A DNA stretch of 64,000 bases, from contig CAVRCF010000003.1 of NCBI GenBank assembly GCA_963719505.1, forward strand, positions 288,001-352,000, read 5' to 3'. A program made the translations under genes and the position numbers. The stretch comes from Halobacteriovoraceae bacterium (lineage in GTDB: Bacteria; Bdellovibrionota; Bacteriovoracia; Bacteriovoracales; Bacteriovoracaceae). Positions 30,402 through 39,764 of this stretch are shown piece by piece (position 1 is the first letter of the stretch; every line of letters begins with the position of its first letter). The notes beneath the pieces were generated by a model, which was not told the origin of the DNA, searched no databases, and saw only the letters and a list, made by a program, of their open reading frames with translations.

Positions 30402-30623
30402 ATGATTAGATTTATAATAAATTTCTACATTGTGATAATCATTATCGATGCTATTTTGAGCTACTTTCCACAATTCAAGGAAGAAAGCTGGGCGAAGATG
30501 ATCAAAAAAGCTGCTGATTACACAACGAAACCAGTGAGAGGATTATTACCTGCGGACCTTCCGTTCGATCTTTCTCCACTGATTGTGATTTTTGGATTAA
30601 ATCTCATTAAATTACTTTGGTAA
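30402..30623 (+). CDS. yggT: YggT family membrane protein
   Basis: ILSYFP...TKPVRGLLP...DLSPLIV; upstream TTG at 30381 is an alternative start. Confidence 0.85.
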   Translation: MIRFIINFYIVIIIIDAILSYFPQFKEESWAKMIKKAADYTTKPVRGLLPADLPFDLSPLIVIFGLNLIKLLW

Positions 30624-30635
30624 CAAGGAAGTTGC

Positions 30636-31448
30636 ATGTTTGTAGATGATATTGATGCTCTCGTCAAAGAGACCATAAGTCATTCTGAGGGTCTTAATAG
30701 AAATCCATTTATGGATTTTAGTTTTAATACTGATGAATGTGGTCCCGGCCAAGTTCCAGGCGTTTTTTATCACCTAGAAAAGAAAGTCTCCACTTTTGTT
30801 ATCAGAATCTTTGAGTCTCAAAATCTAAGTGCTGACTACCAAGATATACTAGATCACCCTGAAAATTACCCCTCTTTAAGACTTATTGATGAAGAAGATC
30901 ATCATGTTGCTGATAGGCTTAAGTATTTTGAGTGCGATCTGTTTGAGCTTGCGAGAAATATAAAGTCTGAGCTGGCCAATAAAAGATTTCCTATTTTTGA
31001 AGAGCATATCTTTAATGTTTCTGATCCAGGAGACAGTTGGTGGGTTAAGCTGGATGACAATCAAATCAAAATATTTTTTAAACTTTCAAGAACTGAGAGC
31101 ATGGATAAACTTATCAAGCTTGGGCCTTTGGGAGATGCAAAGGTCGCAATGGAGAAATTTAATAGACTCTATGGCTATTTTAAAATGCTCTTTCCTATCG
31201 AGGATTACTCAAGTGCTCATGGTCAATTCACTATTAAAAGTGATGACCAAAACAAAATGTTTTACGCGTTTAAAAAAATATTTTCTAAAGGTGATAGTGG
31301 TTTTGAGTTCTGGGATAGTCTTAGAAAGTTGGAGATGAAGTCTCAAAATGAACCTTTTATTGAATCATTAAAACAGGCAAACCTCTTTATGATGGACCTT
31401 GCAAATATAAGACGTTTTTGGATCCAGATTCAAAATCAAATCGACTAG
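30636..31448 (+). CDS. Hypothetical protein, degenerate UvrC N-terminal/GIY-YIG-like
   Basis: 270 aa ORF; PGVFY...NL...ELA...PIF...GPL layout resembles the UvrC N-terminus. Confidence 0.55.
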   Translation: MFVDDIDALVKETISHSEGLNRNPFMDFSFNTDECGPGQVPGVFYHLEKKVSTFVIRIFESQNLSADYQDILDHPENYPSLRLIDEEDHHVADRLKYFECDLFELARNIKSELANKRFPIFEEHIFNVSDPGDSWWVKLDDNQIKIFFKLSRTESMDKLIKLGPLGDAKVAMEKFNRLYGYFKMLFPIEDYSSAHGQFTIKSDDQNKMFYAFKKIFSKGDSGFEFWDSLRKLEMKSQNEPFIESLKQANLFMMDLANIRRFWIQIQNQID

Positions 31449-31457
31449 GATGAATAA

Positions 31458-32129
31458 ATGAAATTTATGTTAACCGCCGCATTGTTGGTAGTAAGTACTG
31501 TGTCTTTTTCTCAAAGTGGAGATAGTAAACAGCAAGCCGAGGAAGTGAAAGAGAACAAAGAACCAACTCAAGAAGATCGCTCCAATCGATATGCTAGAGT
31601 TGTTGTTGATGAATCTCGTATGAATCGAGAAAACCTCAAGTTCACTTTTGACTTTAATTTAACAGGCCAGATGTTGCAGTCTCAAGCATCGGGAATAAAT
31701 ATTGGGTACTTTAAAGATCTTGATAATATTATTTATCTTTCTTATTTTGAATTAGAACATAATGATTATGATTGGTTTGATGAAGAGTTAGACAATGGAT
31801 ATATTATTGAGGCTGCTTTAAAACACTTTGTCGGTAACTCTTTTTATATTCGTCCCTCTATCTACTTCTACTCTCAAGAACTTGCTGACGATGAAGATTA
31901 TGATAGCGCATCGAATAGCTACATTATAACAGATAAGACAGTCTATAAAGCCGCGGGAGTTGGATTTAATATCGGAAACCAGTGGCAGTGGGAGAACTTC
32001 ACTGTTGGTTGTAACTGGATAGGTGTCAGAAAAGATATTTCTATCATGGATGAAGATGGTCCAGGAACTGATGCGTACCAAGAAGTGACAGCTGAGTTTA
32101 TGACCTTCTATCTCGGAGCTTCTTTTTAA
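31458..32129 (+). CDS. Putative outer-membrane beta-barrel protein
   Basis: Signal peptide, alternating beta strands (IGNQWQWENFTVGCNWIG), C-terminal YLGASF. Confidence 0.65.
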   Translation: MKFMLTAALLVVSTVSFSQSGDSKQQAEEVKENKEPTQEDRSNRYARVVVDESRMNRENLKFTFDFNLTGQMLQSQASGINIGYFKDLDNIIYLSYFELEHNDYDWFDEELDNGYIIEAALKHFVGNSFYIRPSIYFYSQELADDEDYDSASNSYIITDKTVYKAAGVGFNIGNQWQWENFTVGCNWIGVRKDISIMDEDGPGTDAYQEVTAEFMTFYLGASF

Positions 32130-32347
32130 GAAAGCTCCTTTGCCGCGATAAAGCCAGAGATCATAATCTGAGCTAAAGTCCCAAGTTGATCATCATCGTC
32201 GATTCCGTAAAACTCTTCGATATGGTCAACAAAGATCTCAATTGTCTCTTCGTCCATGTATTTTTCAACCAATGTCATCATTTGATCTGAGTTTAATTTT
32301 TCAATTTCAACAAAGTAATTTTCTAGCTTTTCTTTATCAATTGTCAT
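32126..32347 (-). CDS. Small acidic hypothetical protein
   Basis: 73 aa ORF with AAGGG RBS before ATG 32347. Confidence 0.65.
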   Translation of the reverse strand: MTIDKEKLENYFVEIEKLNSDQMMTLVEKYMDEETIEIFVDHIEEFYGIDDDDQLGTLAQIMISGFIAAKELS

Positions 32348-32554
32348 GAGAGCACCCTTATCCCGTATTTTTTTCACGGTTTTACCAGTATTAGGACGTA
32401 AGGTCTATAAAATCGGTATTTTGCCTTGCGTTTATAGTCTAGCGTGATACAAGGTCGTCTTTAATAATTCTACTGAATGTCATACATAGGTCTCAATGTC
32501 GGGGTCATTTGACATTGGCTAGGCTAATTCTCTGCGAATAAGAGATAAGGAACT

Positions 32555-34359
32555 ATGATGTTATTTAAAGATTTAAATCTTAAGGAATCCTCGTTGAAAG
32601 CTATTGAAGCTTTAGGGTTCGAAGCACCTTCTGAAATTCAAGAAAAATCAATCCCAATCCTGCTTGAAAAAGATATCGATTTTATCGGTCAAGCACAGAC
32701 TGGAACTGGTAAAACTGCAGCTTTTGCACTTCCACTTTTTGAAAAAATTGACTTCAACTCGAAAGATATTCAGGCACTTGTCCTCGCTCCAACGCGTGAG
32801 TTAGCAAATCAAATTTGCCAAGAGTTTGAAAAACTATCTAAATTTGAGCCCGTAAGAACCCTTGCGATTTATGGTGGTATGCCAATCTCTTCTCAAATGA
32901 GAGATCTTAAGCGCAACAAACCACAAGTTATTGTTGGGACTCCAGGAAGAATGCTCGACTTTATTAAAAGAGATGCAATTGATCTTTCAAAGGTTAAGTT
33001 TGCGATTTTAGATGAAGCTGATGAGATGCTTGATATGGGATTTTTTGACGATGTTACTGAAATCGTTGCAAAAGTGCCTGAAAAGAAAATTTGGATGTTC
33101 TCAGCAACAATGCCAAAACCAATTGTTAACTTAATCAATAGCCAATTTTGTGATCCAGAAATGGTTAAGAGTGACAAAGAAAGTTTTAACAAGTGATCAA
33201 ATTGATCAGCAGTATTGTGTTGTTAGACGTCACGATATGGGCGAAGCGCTTTGTCGTTACTTAGACTTTCACCAAAACACATACGCGATCGTTTTCACGA
33301 GAACGAAAGTTGAAAGCAAAAGAGCTTACTGATGAACTAAACCTTAGAGGGTACCCTTCAGATGCTCTTCACGGTGATATGTCTCAAGATCAACGTGATC
33401 TTACAATGAAGAAATTTAAGCAAAAGAAAATTAGTCTTCTCGTTTGTACTGATGTTGCTGCAAGAGGAATTGACGTAACTGATCTTACTCACGTTATTAA
33501 CTTCTCTCTTCCCCAAGATAACGAATCATATGTTCACAGAATCGGAAGAACTGGACGTGGTGGTAGTAAAGGGATTGCTCTTTCAATCATAGAGCCAAGT
33601 GAACAAAGACGCGTTCGTGATATCGAAAGAATCACCAAAGCAAAAATTGAAAAGATTAAACTTCCAGAAGTGAATGATGTTTTAGAGGTTCTTACTGAAA
33701 AAGCATTCTCTAAGTTTGATGACGCTATTGAGAACTTTAGTGCTGGAGAAGATAAAAGTTATATCTCTTTCACTGAAAACTTTGCTGACAGAACAAAAGA
33801 AGAAATCATGCAAGCTGTTTATGCTTACGTCTTCGAAGAAAATCTTAAGCGTTACCAGAAAGCTCGTCCTTTAGATGTTGAAAGAAGTGAAAGACCTGAA
33901 AGAGGGGAAAGAAGTTCAAGAGGCGAAAGATCTCCAAGAGGTGAAAGATCTTCTGGAACTCAAGCTGGATACCAAAGATTCTTCGTTAATATCGGTCGTG
34001 ATGCAGGAATGGATCCTGGTCAATTAATTAACTTTGTTGCTCGTGGAATAAATGTTTCAGGAAGTGAAATGGGAAGAATTGATATTAAACCTGGATTTAG
34101 TTTCTTTGAAATGCCAGAGAAGTTTACTGATGATGTCTTAGGTCTTGCAAACACAAGCTTTAAGCAATCAACAGTCAATATCGAAAAATCCGCAGGTCGA
34201 CCAGAAGGTGATAGTGGTTCAAGAGGTCGCTCAAATGGTGGAAGAAACCATAGAGGGGGAAGACCGGGAACAACAAGAGCAGCTGGTGGAAGAAGTAGTG
34301 AGAGAACAAGTGAAAGAAGAAGCAGACCTTCTTCAAGCTCAAGATCTTTCAACAGATAA
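32555..34359 (+). CDS. deaD: DEAD-box RNA helicase DeaD/CsdA (apparent frameshifts near 33170 and 33310)
   Basis: AQTGTGKT, PTRELA, TPGR, DEAD, SAT, ARGID, HRIGRTGR; DbpA-type RNA-binding domain and RG/RS-rich tail. Confidence 0.9.
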
Positions 34360-34388
34360 AATATTTAGTTTCACAAATTTAAATAATG

Positions 34389-34414
34389 AAGGCTCTTTTC
34401 GAAGGGCCTTTTTT
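34389..34414 (+). terminator. Intrinsic terminator
   Basis: AAGGCTCTT-TTCG-AAGGGCCTT plus T run. Confidence 0.8.
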
Positions 34415-34430
34415 AATTTATTCTTAATGA

Positions 34431-35087
34431 ATGAAAAAAATAATTCTCGTTATCGCTCTTGTAGCGACCAGTGCTCATGGAATGAGCCTTAAAAAGCTTC
34501 AAAGAAAACTCAAAAGAGATCTCAAGGTCGATCTAAACATAAAAGATGAACTTATAAGAAATAAAGACAACTGCACCCGTTTGTTCCTTGAGAACTGGTA
34601 TTATTGGTGGCAAGAGGTGAAGTCTCCCTATAAAGAAGAATATCTCAAAAAAATTCAAAAACTCGATTCAATAAATATTTTGAGCTCAAATCCTGTTCAA
34701 AAGATTGAAGGAAAATATACTTCTGTCCATCTTGTGAAGAATTTTTGCACAGGAAGTGGAATGGGGCGTTCATGTCAGACCAAGGATTCTGTTTCAATAA
34801 AACTCAAAATGGATGTGACGAAAACCGGAGAAGATCCAAAGTTTAGCTTAAAAATAAATAAAGCCGCTGATATTGTGATGGAGTACTCAGATGATATGGC
34901 CGTTACTAAGCGATACGATACTTTTAGTAGGGTTGTTTACGAAAATGTCGAAAGAGACAATAAACTCTTTGATCAGTACTCGCGATACGGACAAATCTAT
35001 CAGCTGGTCAGACCAGGAACGGACTCATCGGCAAAAGTTCACTGCTCCTACCCAAGACTTGATCAAATGATCTCAAGAATAAAATAG
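34431..35087 (+). CDS. Secreted hypothetical protein
   Basis: Signal peptide (MKKIILVIALVATSAHG), four Cys, no recognised family. Confidence 0.7.
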   Translation: MKKIILVIALVATSAHGMSLKKLQRKLKRDLKVDLNIKDELIRNKDNCTRLFLENWYYWWQEVKSPYKEEYLKKIQKLDSINILSSNPVQKIEGKYTSVHLVKNFCTGSGMGRSCQTKDSVSIKLKMDVTKTGEDPKFSLKINKAADIVMEYSDDMAVTKRYDTFSRVVYENVERDNKLFDQYSRYGQIYQLVRPGTDSSAKVHCSYPRLDQMISRIK

Positions 35088-35204
35088 TCGAAAAATTTTC
35101 CCTTTTTTGCCGAGTTGTGTTGAAAAATCATAATTGATACAATATTATTGAAAGCACAATAAATTCAAGCATTTAAACAGGAAGTTTAAATTAGGGAAGA
35201 AAGT

Positions 35205-35753
35205 TTGGAATTCGTATTTGAAGATAAAAGTTCACCAGGTTTCTCGAGTTCAACGAGAACAGCTACAGCGCAGCCAATGCAGATGGCATCAAATAATACC
35301 ATTTTTGGGTCGAGTATGACGCAGGCTCCCGCATCCCGTCGATCTCGCAGATCACTTCCCGAGACAGTTGATGATATTGAGTTAACTGGAACGAGAGCTA
35401 AAAGATCAGCCAAGAAGTCGGCATCATCAAAAGTAAAATATGTTAATAAGCCCAAAAGAAAAAGTTCAGCGGCCAAATTCGTTTGGACCTGGCAAAAGTT
35501 TTGGTGGATGGTAGCATTTGTGACTTTTGCAAGACTTCTCTTTATGGAAAATGGGGTTGTTGACTACTATAGCCTTGAAGCAACTATCGAAGCTAAACAT
35601 GAAAAGTTAGCACTGGTTCAAAACGAAAATGCTGAATTAGTAACTGAGATTCATAAAATTCAAACGAGTAGAAAATATCAAAAGAAAGTCGCTAGAGACC
35701 ATCTCGGTGTTATTGCTTCGAATGAGTATTTGATATTATTTGCGAAAGATTAG
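35205..35753 (+). CDS. ftsB: FtsB/DivIC-like septum formation initiator
   Basis: TM followed by coiled coil (ENAELVTEIHKI) and VARDHLGVIASNE motif. Confidence 0.7.
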   Translation: MEFVFEDKSSPGFSSSTRTATAQPMQMASNNTIFGSSMTQAPASRRSRRSLPETVDDIELTGTRAKRSAKKSASSKVKYVNKPKRKSSAAKFVWTWQKFWWMVAFVTFARLLFMENGVVDYYSLEATIEAKHEKLALVQNENAELVTEIHKIQTSRKYQKKVARDHLGVIASNEYLILFAKD

Positions 35754-36237
35754 GCTTACCCTCTAAAATCATTCCCTCTTTTATTTTGGCGCTAATAGGA
35801 CTTGATGATTTCATCTCAAGCACGTGTTGGCAGTAAGAAAACTTTGATAGAGGCACGTCTTTTTTTGGAAATCTTTTGGTGTGATGCTTTAAATTTCTTT
35901 GAATATCTAAAACTTTCATATCTGGTCCTAGAAAAAATAAATCCAAATCAAAAAAAGTCTCAGGCATCCAAAATTGTCTCGTTTGAAAGTGCTCTCCTGT
36001 AAAGAGCATCGCATCGCTATCGCCGAACTGATCGGGCTTTACAAGGCTAAGCCCGAGAGCTTGTTCTTCATCATTGTGAGCGATATAGGTCGTTATTTTT
36101 TCTCCAGAATCTAATGTTATGATCATGGATTTATAAGTTTTAAAAGGATTCAAGGCTTTTGATTCGTTGCAAGAAACGTTGCCAATTAAAATAAGAAAAG
36201 TGATGAGCATCGGATAAATTTCGTGTATAAATTTCAT
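35710..36237 (-). CDS. DUF192 domain protein
   Basis: IAHNDEEQALGLS...AMLF...FWMPETFFDLDLFFL...VLEM. Confidence 0.85.
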   Translation of the reverse strand: MKFIHEIYPMLITFLILIGNVSCNESKALNPFKTYKSMIITLDSGEKITTYIAHNDEEQALGLSLVKPDQFGDSDAMLFTGEHFQTRQFWMPETFFDLDLFFLGPDMKVLDIQRNLKHHTKRFPKKDVPLSKFSYCQHVLEMKSSSPISAKIKEGMILEGKPNLSQIISNTHSKQ

Positions 36238-36251
36238 AAGGGGAGTGTACT

Positions 36252-38060
36252 ATGAATTATCACAACATCGCCAGCACAAATCTAGCTGGACTACTTAGAA
36301 CTCATTCGTGTGGTGAGTTAAACTCAAAGAACATTGGAGAAGAAGTTACTCTTTGTGGATGGGTTAATAAATCAAGAGACTTAGGTGGATTAAATTTTAT
36401 CGATGTAAGAGATAAATTTGGACTCACGCAATTGGCTTTTGATGAATTTAAAGGTGATATTTCAGTTCTAAAATCTTTCTCATTAGAGTCTGTTATAAAG
36501 GCAAAAGGAATCGTTCGTAAAAGACCTGATTCTGCACTCAATAAAAATATGTCAACGGGAGAGGTAGAAGTTTCTGTTACAGAGATCACAGAACTATCTC
36601 ATGCAGAAGAAGTTCCCTTTTTACCCCATGGAAAAGTTCAAGCGACAGAAGACCTTAGGTTAAAGTACCGCTATCTTGATCTTCGTGGAGAGTATTTACA
36701 AAACATGTTATCTCTTAGATCTCATGCGATGAAAGAGACTCGAATGGCCCTGTATGAAGAAGGGTTTACTGAAGTTGAAACACCGATACTTTATAAAACA
36801 ACTCCAGAGGGAGCCCGAGATTACGTGGTTCCAAGTCGAGTGCATCCAGGAAAAGTTTACGCTCTTCCTCAGTCTCCGCAGACACTAAAACAACTTCTTA
36901 TGATTGGAAATACAGATAAATATTTTCAAATTTGTAAGTGTTTTAGAGACGAAGATCTACGAGCAGATAGGCAGCCAGAGTTTACGCAAATAGATATTGA
37001 AGTGAGTTTTGCGACTCAAGAATATTTAAAAAATCTTGCGACCAAAATGGTGAAACGTCTTTTTAAAAGAGATGATTCGTTTGAAATTGAGACGATGAGC
37101 TATGATAGAGCGATGGAAATTTATGGCTCTGATAAGCCTGATGCACGCTTTGCTCTAGAGCATATGATTGTGAATGAAGAAGTTGCAGCTGCTGGATTTA
37201 AAGTTTTTGACGAGGCTTTGAAAGACGGCGGAATGGTTAAATCGATTTTTATTTCCAAAGAGACCAAAGAATTTTCACGAAAAGAGCTTGATGCACTAAC
37301 AGAAGTGGTTAAGCCCCATGGTGGAAAAGGTGTGGCTTGGTTTAAAGTAAATAATGACGAACTCACTGGTGGTATTTCTAAGTTTATTAATGAAGAAACT
37401 TATAAAGCCTTAAAAAATAAAGCAGCAAGCCTTGATGGGACTTTCTTTTTCTTTGCAGATAAAAAAGAAAGCGTTGTCCACGCCTGTGCAGATGTGACTC
37501 GTCGTCATTTTGGTAAGACATTAGGTCTTATTGAAAACTGCGGGATTGATTATAAGTTTTTGTGGGTTAACGACTTTCCACTTTTAGAATACGATGACGA
37601 AGATGGAAGATTCTATGCCTGTCACCATCCGTTTACAATGCCAAAGCTTGATTGCCTTGAGGACTTTATGTCAGGAGACAAAGAGAAGCTTTTAAAGATG
37701 CCGGCTGAAGCCTATGATCTTGTTTGTAATGGATACGAAATGGGGGGAGGGTCTCTTCGAATCTTTGATACAAAAGTTCAATCGCAGATGTTTAAAACCC
37801 TAGGTTTCTCTGAAGAAGAGACACAGCAAAAATTTGGTTTTTTTGTTGAGGCTTTAAAGTATGGAACGCCACCACATGCGGGAATTGCTTTTGGGATGGA
37901 TAGAACAGTTATGCTCATGGCAAAGACTGATAATATTCGTGATGCTATCGCTTTTCCAAAGACCAATAATGCAACGGATCTTATGTGTTCAGCTCCTAGT
38001 GTTGCCGACCTAGAGCAGTATAGAGAACTGCATATTGCTCCTCTTACAAAAGAAAAATAA
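36252..38060 (+). CDS. aspS: Aspartate--tRNA ligase
   Basis: RTHSCGEL, RLKYRYLDLR, TPEGARDY, ALPQSPQ, FRDEDLRADRQPEFTQID, PPHAGIAFGMDR. Confidence 0.98.
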   Translation: MNYHNIASTNLAGLLRTHSCGELNSKNIGEEVTLCGWVNKSRDLGGLNFIDVRDKFGLTQLAFDEFKGDISVLKSFSLESVIKAKGIVRKRPDSALNKNMSTGEVEVSVTEITELSHAEEVPFLPHGKVQATEDLRLKYRYLDLRGEYLQNMLSLRSHAMKETRMALYEEGFTEVETPILYKTTPEGARDYVVPSRVHPGKVYALPQSPQTLKQLLMIGNTDKYFQICKCFRDEDLRADRQPEFTQIDIEVSFATQEYLKNLATKMVKRLFKRDDSFEIETMSYDRAMEIYGSDKPDARFALEHMIVNEEVAAAGFKVFDEALKDGGMVKSIFISKETKEFSRKELDALTEVVKPHGGKGVAWFKVNNDELTGGISKFINEETYKALKNKAASLDGTFFFFADKKESVVHACADVTRRHFGKTLGLIENCGIDYKFLWVNDFPLLEYDDEDGRFYACHHPFTMPKLDCLEDFMSGDKEKLLKMPAEAYDLVCNGYEMGGGSLRIFDTKVQSQMFKTLGFSEEETQQKFGFFVEALKYGTPPHAGIAFGMDRTVMLMAKTDNIRDAIAFPKTNNATDLMCSAPSVADLEQYRELHIAPLTKEK

Positions 38061-38072
38061 ATATCAAATATG

Positions 38073-38104
38073 AACCTGTCTGGCCTTGAGGTTAGACAGG
38101 TTTT
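38073..38104 (+). terminator. Intrinsic terminator after aspS
   Basis: AACCTGTCT/AGACAGGTT stem plus T run. Confidence 0.75.
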
Positions 38105-38257
38105 CTCCTTCACCTGTTAAAACCGATAATCATAAAAATTAAAGCCAATGCCCATTCTTTTTTGGAATGCCTATATATCATATAAATTGAATCCAAAGCG
38201 AAGGGGATTAGTTATATTGGATTCAGATCAAGGCATTCTTCATTTAAGGAGATGTTA

Positions 38258-38290
38258 ATGAGTCATAACGAAAGAATAAGGAGAAGGTAA
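38258..38290 (+). CDS. Putative 10-aa leader peptide MSHNERIRRR
   Basis: TAAGGAG RBS; TAA overlaps the next ATG (TAATG). Confidence 0.35.
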   Translation: MSHNERIRRR

Positions 38291-38928
38291 TGAGCATAAA
38301 GAAATTATTTTTAATGACACTAGCAATAAGTTCTCTAAGTGCTGGAGCAGTATCAAACAGTTCCGCTCTTGATTGCAAAGAAAAATTTTATTACGCAAGC
38401 AAAGGCTCTATAAAGTGCAGCCCCGAAGTTCACAGCTTTAAGGATGCCTCTTTTGATGTTGAAAGAGTAACTGGTGAGCATGTTAATAATTGGAAAATTA
38501 ATCATGTCCATATCAAGTCAATTGCAATCCAAGGGAATAGAGGGGCCAAGTTTACAAAAGCCCTAAGGACTTACTTAGAGTCGAATTTAACTTACTCATC
38601 TTTTGTTGAGATGTTAGAAAATGGACAGCTCGTTCTTAAAGTAAGAAATGCTTCTTTTAGTTGTGATATAAAAACTGAGGTTTGTTCGATTAAGGATGAT
38701 AACTTTGACCAAGAAGGGGGTCTTTATAGAGATGCCTTTTACTATGGTTCAGGTTTAGAGGGTGATACTTCGGCTATAAGTTTTTTCCAACCTAAGAAGG
38801 CTGCTATCGCTATTGATATTGCACAATTTGAAAAGGTTCTCGATGAATCGGACCTTTGTGATAAATTTTTGACTTTCTCATATCGAACAGAAGGTAACTC
38901 AATGTGTGTGCTTAAGTTTAAAAAATAG
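38290..38928 (+). CDS. Secreted Cys-containing hypothetical protein
   Basis: Signal peptide, six Cys, strong RBS. Confidence 0.7.
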   Translation: MSIKKLFLMTLAISSLSAGAVSNSSALDCKEKFYYASKGSIKCSPEVHSFKDASFDVERVTGEHVNNWKINHVHIKSIAIQGNRGAKFTKALRTYLESNLTYSSFVEMLENGQLVLKVRNASFSCDIKTEVCSIKDDNFDQEGGLYRDAFYYGSGLEGDTSAISFFQPKKAAIAIDIAQFEKVLDESDLCDKFLTFSYRTEGNSMCVLKFKK

Positions 38929-38952
38929 AAATAATTTTAAATTGATTTTTAT

Positions 38953-38982
38953 AGAGCCCACTTCTTTAGTGGGCTTTTTTTT
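38953..38982 (+). terminator. Intrinsic terminator between convergent genes
   Basis: AGCCCACT/AGTGGGCT stem plus T run. Confidence 0.8.
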
Positions 38983-39625
38983 ATGAGGCGATATCTCTTA
39001 GGCTTTCGATATCAATTGTGACAGCTTCGCTATTATTGGCCCTAAAATGTTTTATGGATGCGATCAATTCTTCAGAGACAGTTCTTGTTCCTGAAAAGTA
39101 ATCAGGAAGTCCTCTTTTATCTTCAGACATAATAGAGAAAATAAAGAAGGCGCCAAAAGACATATAGCACGCAAGATAACCCATTGTTCTTCGAAATGAC
39201 TCTCGAAGAGTAATACATTCAGACTCAACATCTTCATCGAAAATAAAGTCATCTTTTATTGCTCTTAAATTAAATATTTTTTTACCAAATGTTTGTCCAT
39301 CCATGACATAAAGTGAATACAAAAAGTAAGCGGTAAAGCTTAAAAGAAACACGCTGAACTGAACGGGAGAGTTTTCCAGGATAAGAGAAGACTTGGCTTG
39401 AAATTTTAGTGAATACAGAAATTCATTAACAAACATGACATAGCTTGTCTGAATAGCTGCGCTTAAAACTAAGATGGAGCTAAAGTCGACCATAAAGCTA
39501 TAAATTCTTCGCTGAGTGATTTTTTGATTTTCAATCGCTACGGGCTTTACAATAGCCTGATCAAAGGTCTCAACTTCCTTCTTCTTTTTAATGTGATCAA
39601 CAAGATTTACAACGTTATTTTCCAT
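38981..39625 (-). CDS. RDD family membrane protein
   Basis: RRIYSFMVD, GQTFGKKIFNLR, KRGLPDYFSGT. Confidence 0.88.
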   Translation of the reverse strand: MENNVVNLVDHIKKKKEVETFDQAIVKPVAIENQKITQRRIYSFMVDFSSILVLSAAIQTSYVMFVNEFLYSLKFQAKSSLILENSPVQFSVFLLSFTAYFLYSLYVMDGQTFGKKIFNLRAIKDDFIFDEDVESECITLRESFRRTMGYLACYMSFGAFFIFSIMSEDKRGLPDYFSGTRTVSEELIASIKHFRANNSEAVTIDIESLRDIAS

Positions 39626-39764
39626 AGAATACCTCTATTATCTTATCGATAAATTGAGGAGAAAAATGAGGGAAATAAAGCGGTGAGGTAAAAGGTGCCG
39701 AAGGAGGGGAGGAGCCCTGGGAATATGAGAAAATTTAGGCACTTAACACATAAAAGGCGAAGTC

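Noticed and set aside
25359-33332. Programmed ribosomal frameshifting in clpA or deaD
   Set aside because: Multiple breaks fall at arbitrary positions, including inside a Walker A motif, without slippery sites; sequencing error is the simpler explanation
39655-39745. Glycine riboswitch suggested by GCCGAAGGAG
   Set aside because: The conserved CUCUCAGG 3' element and the rest of the aptamer are missing
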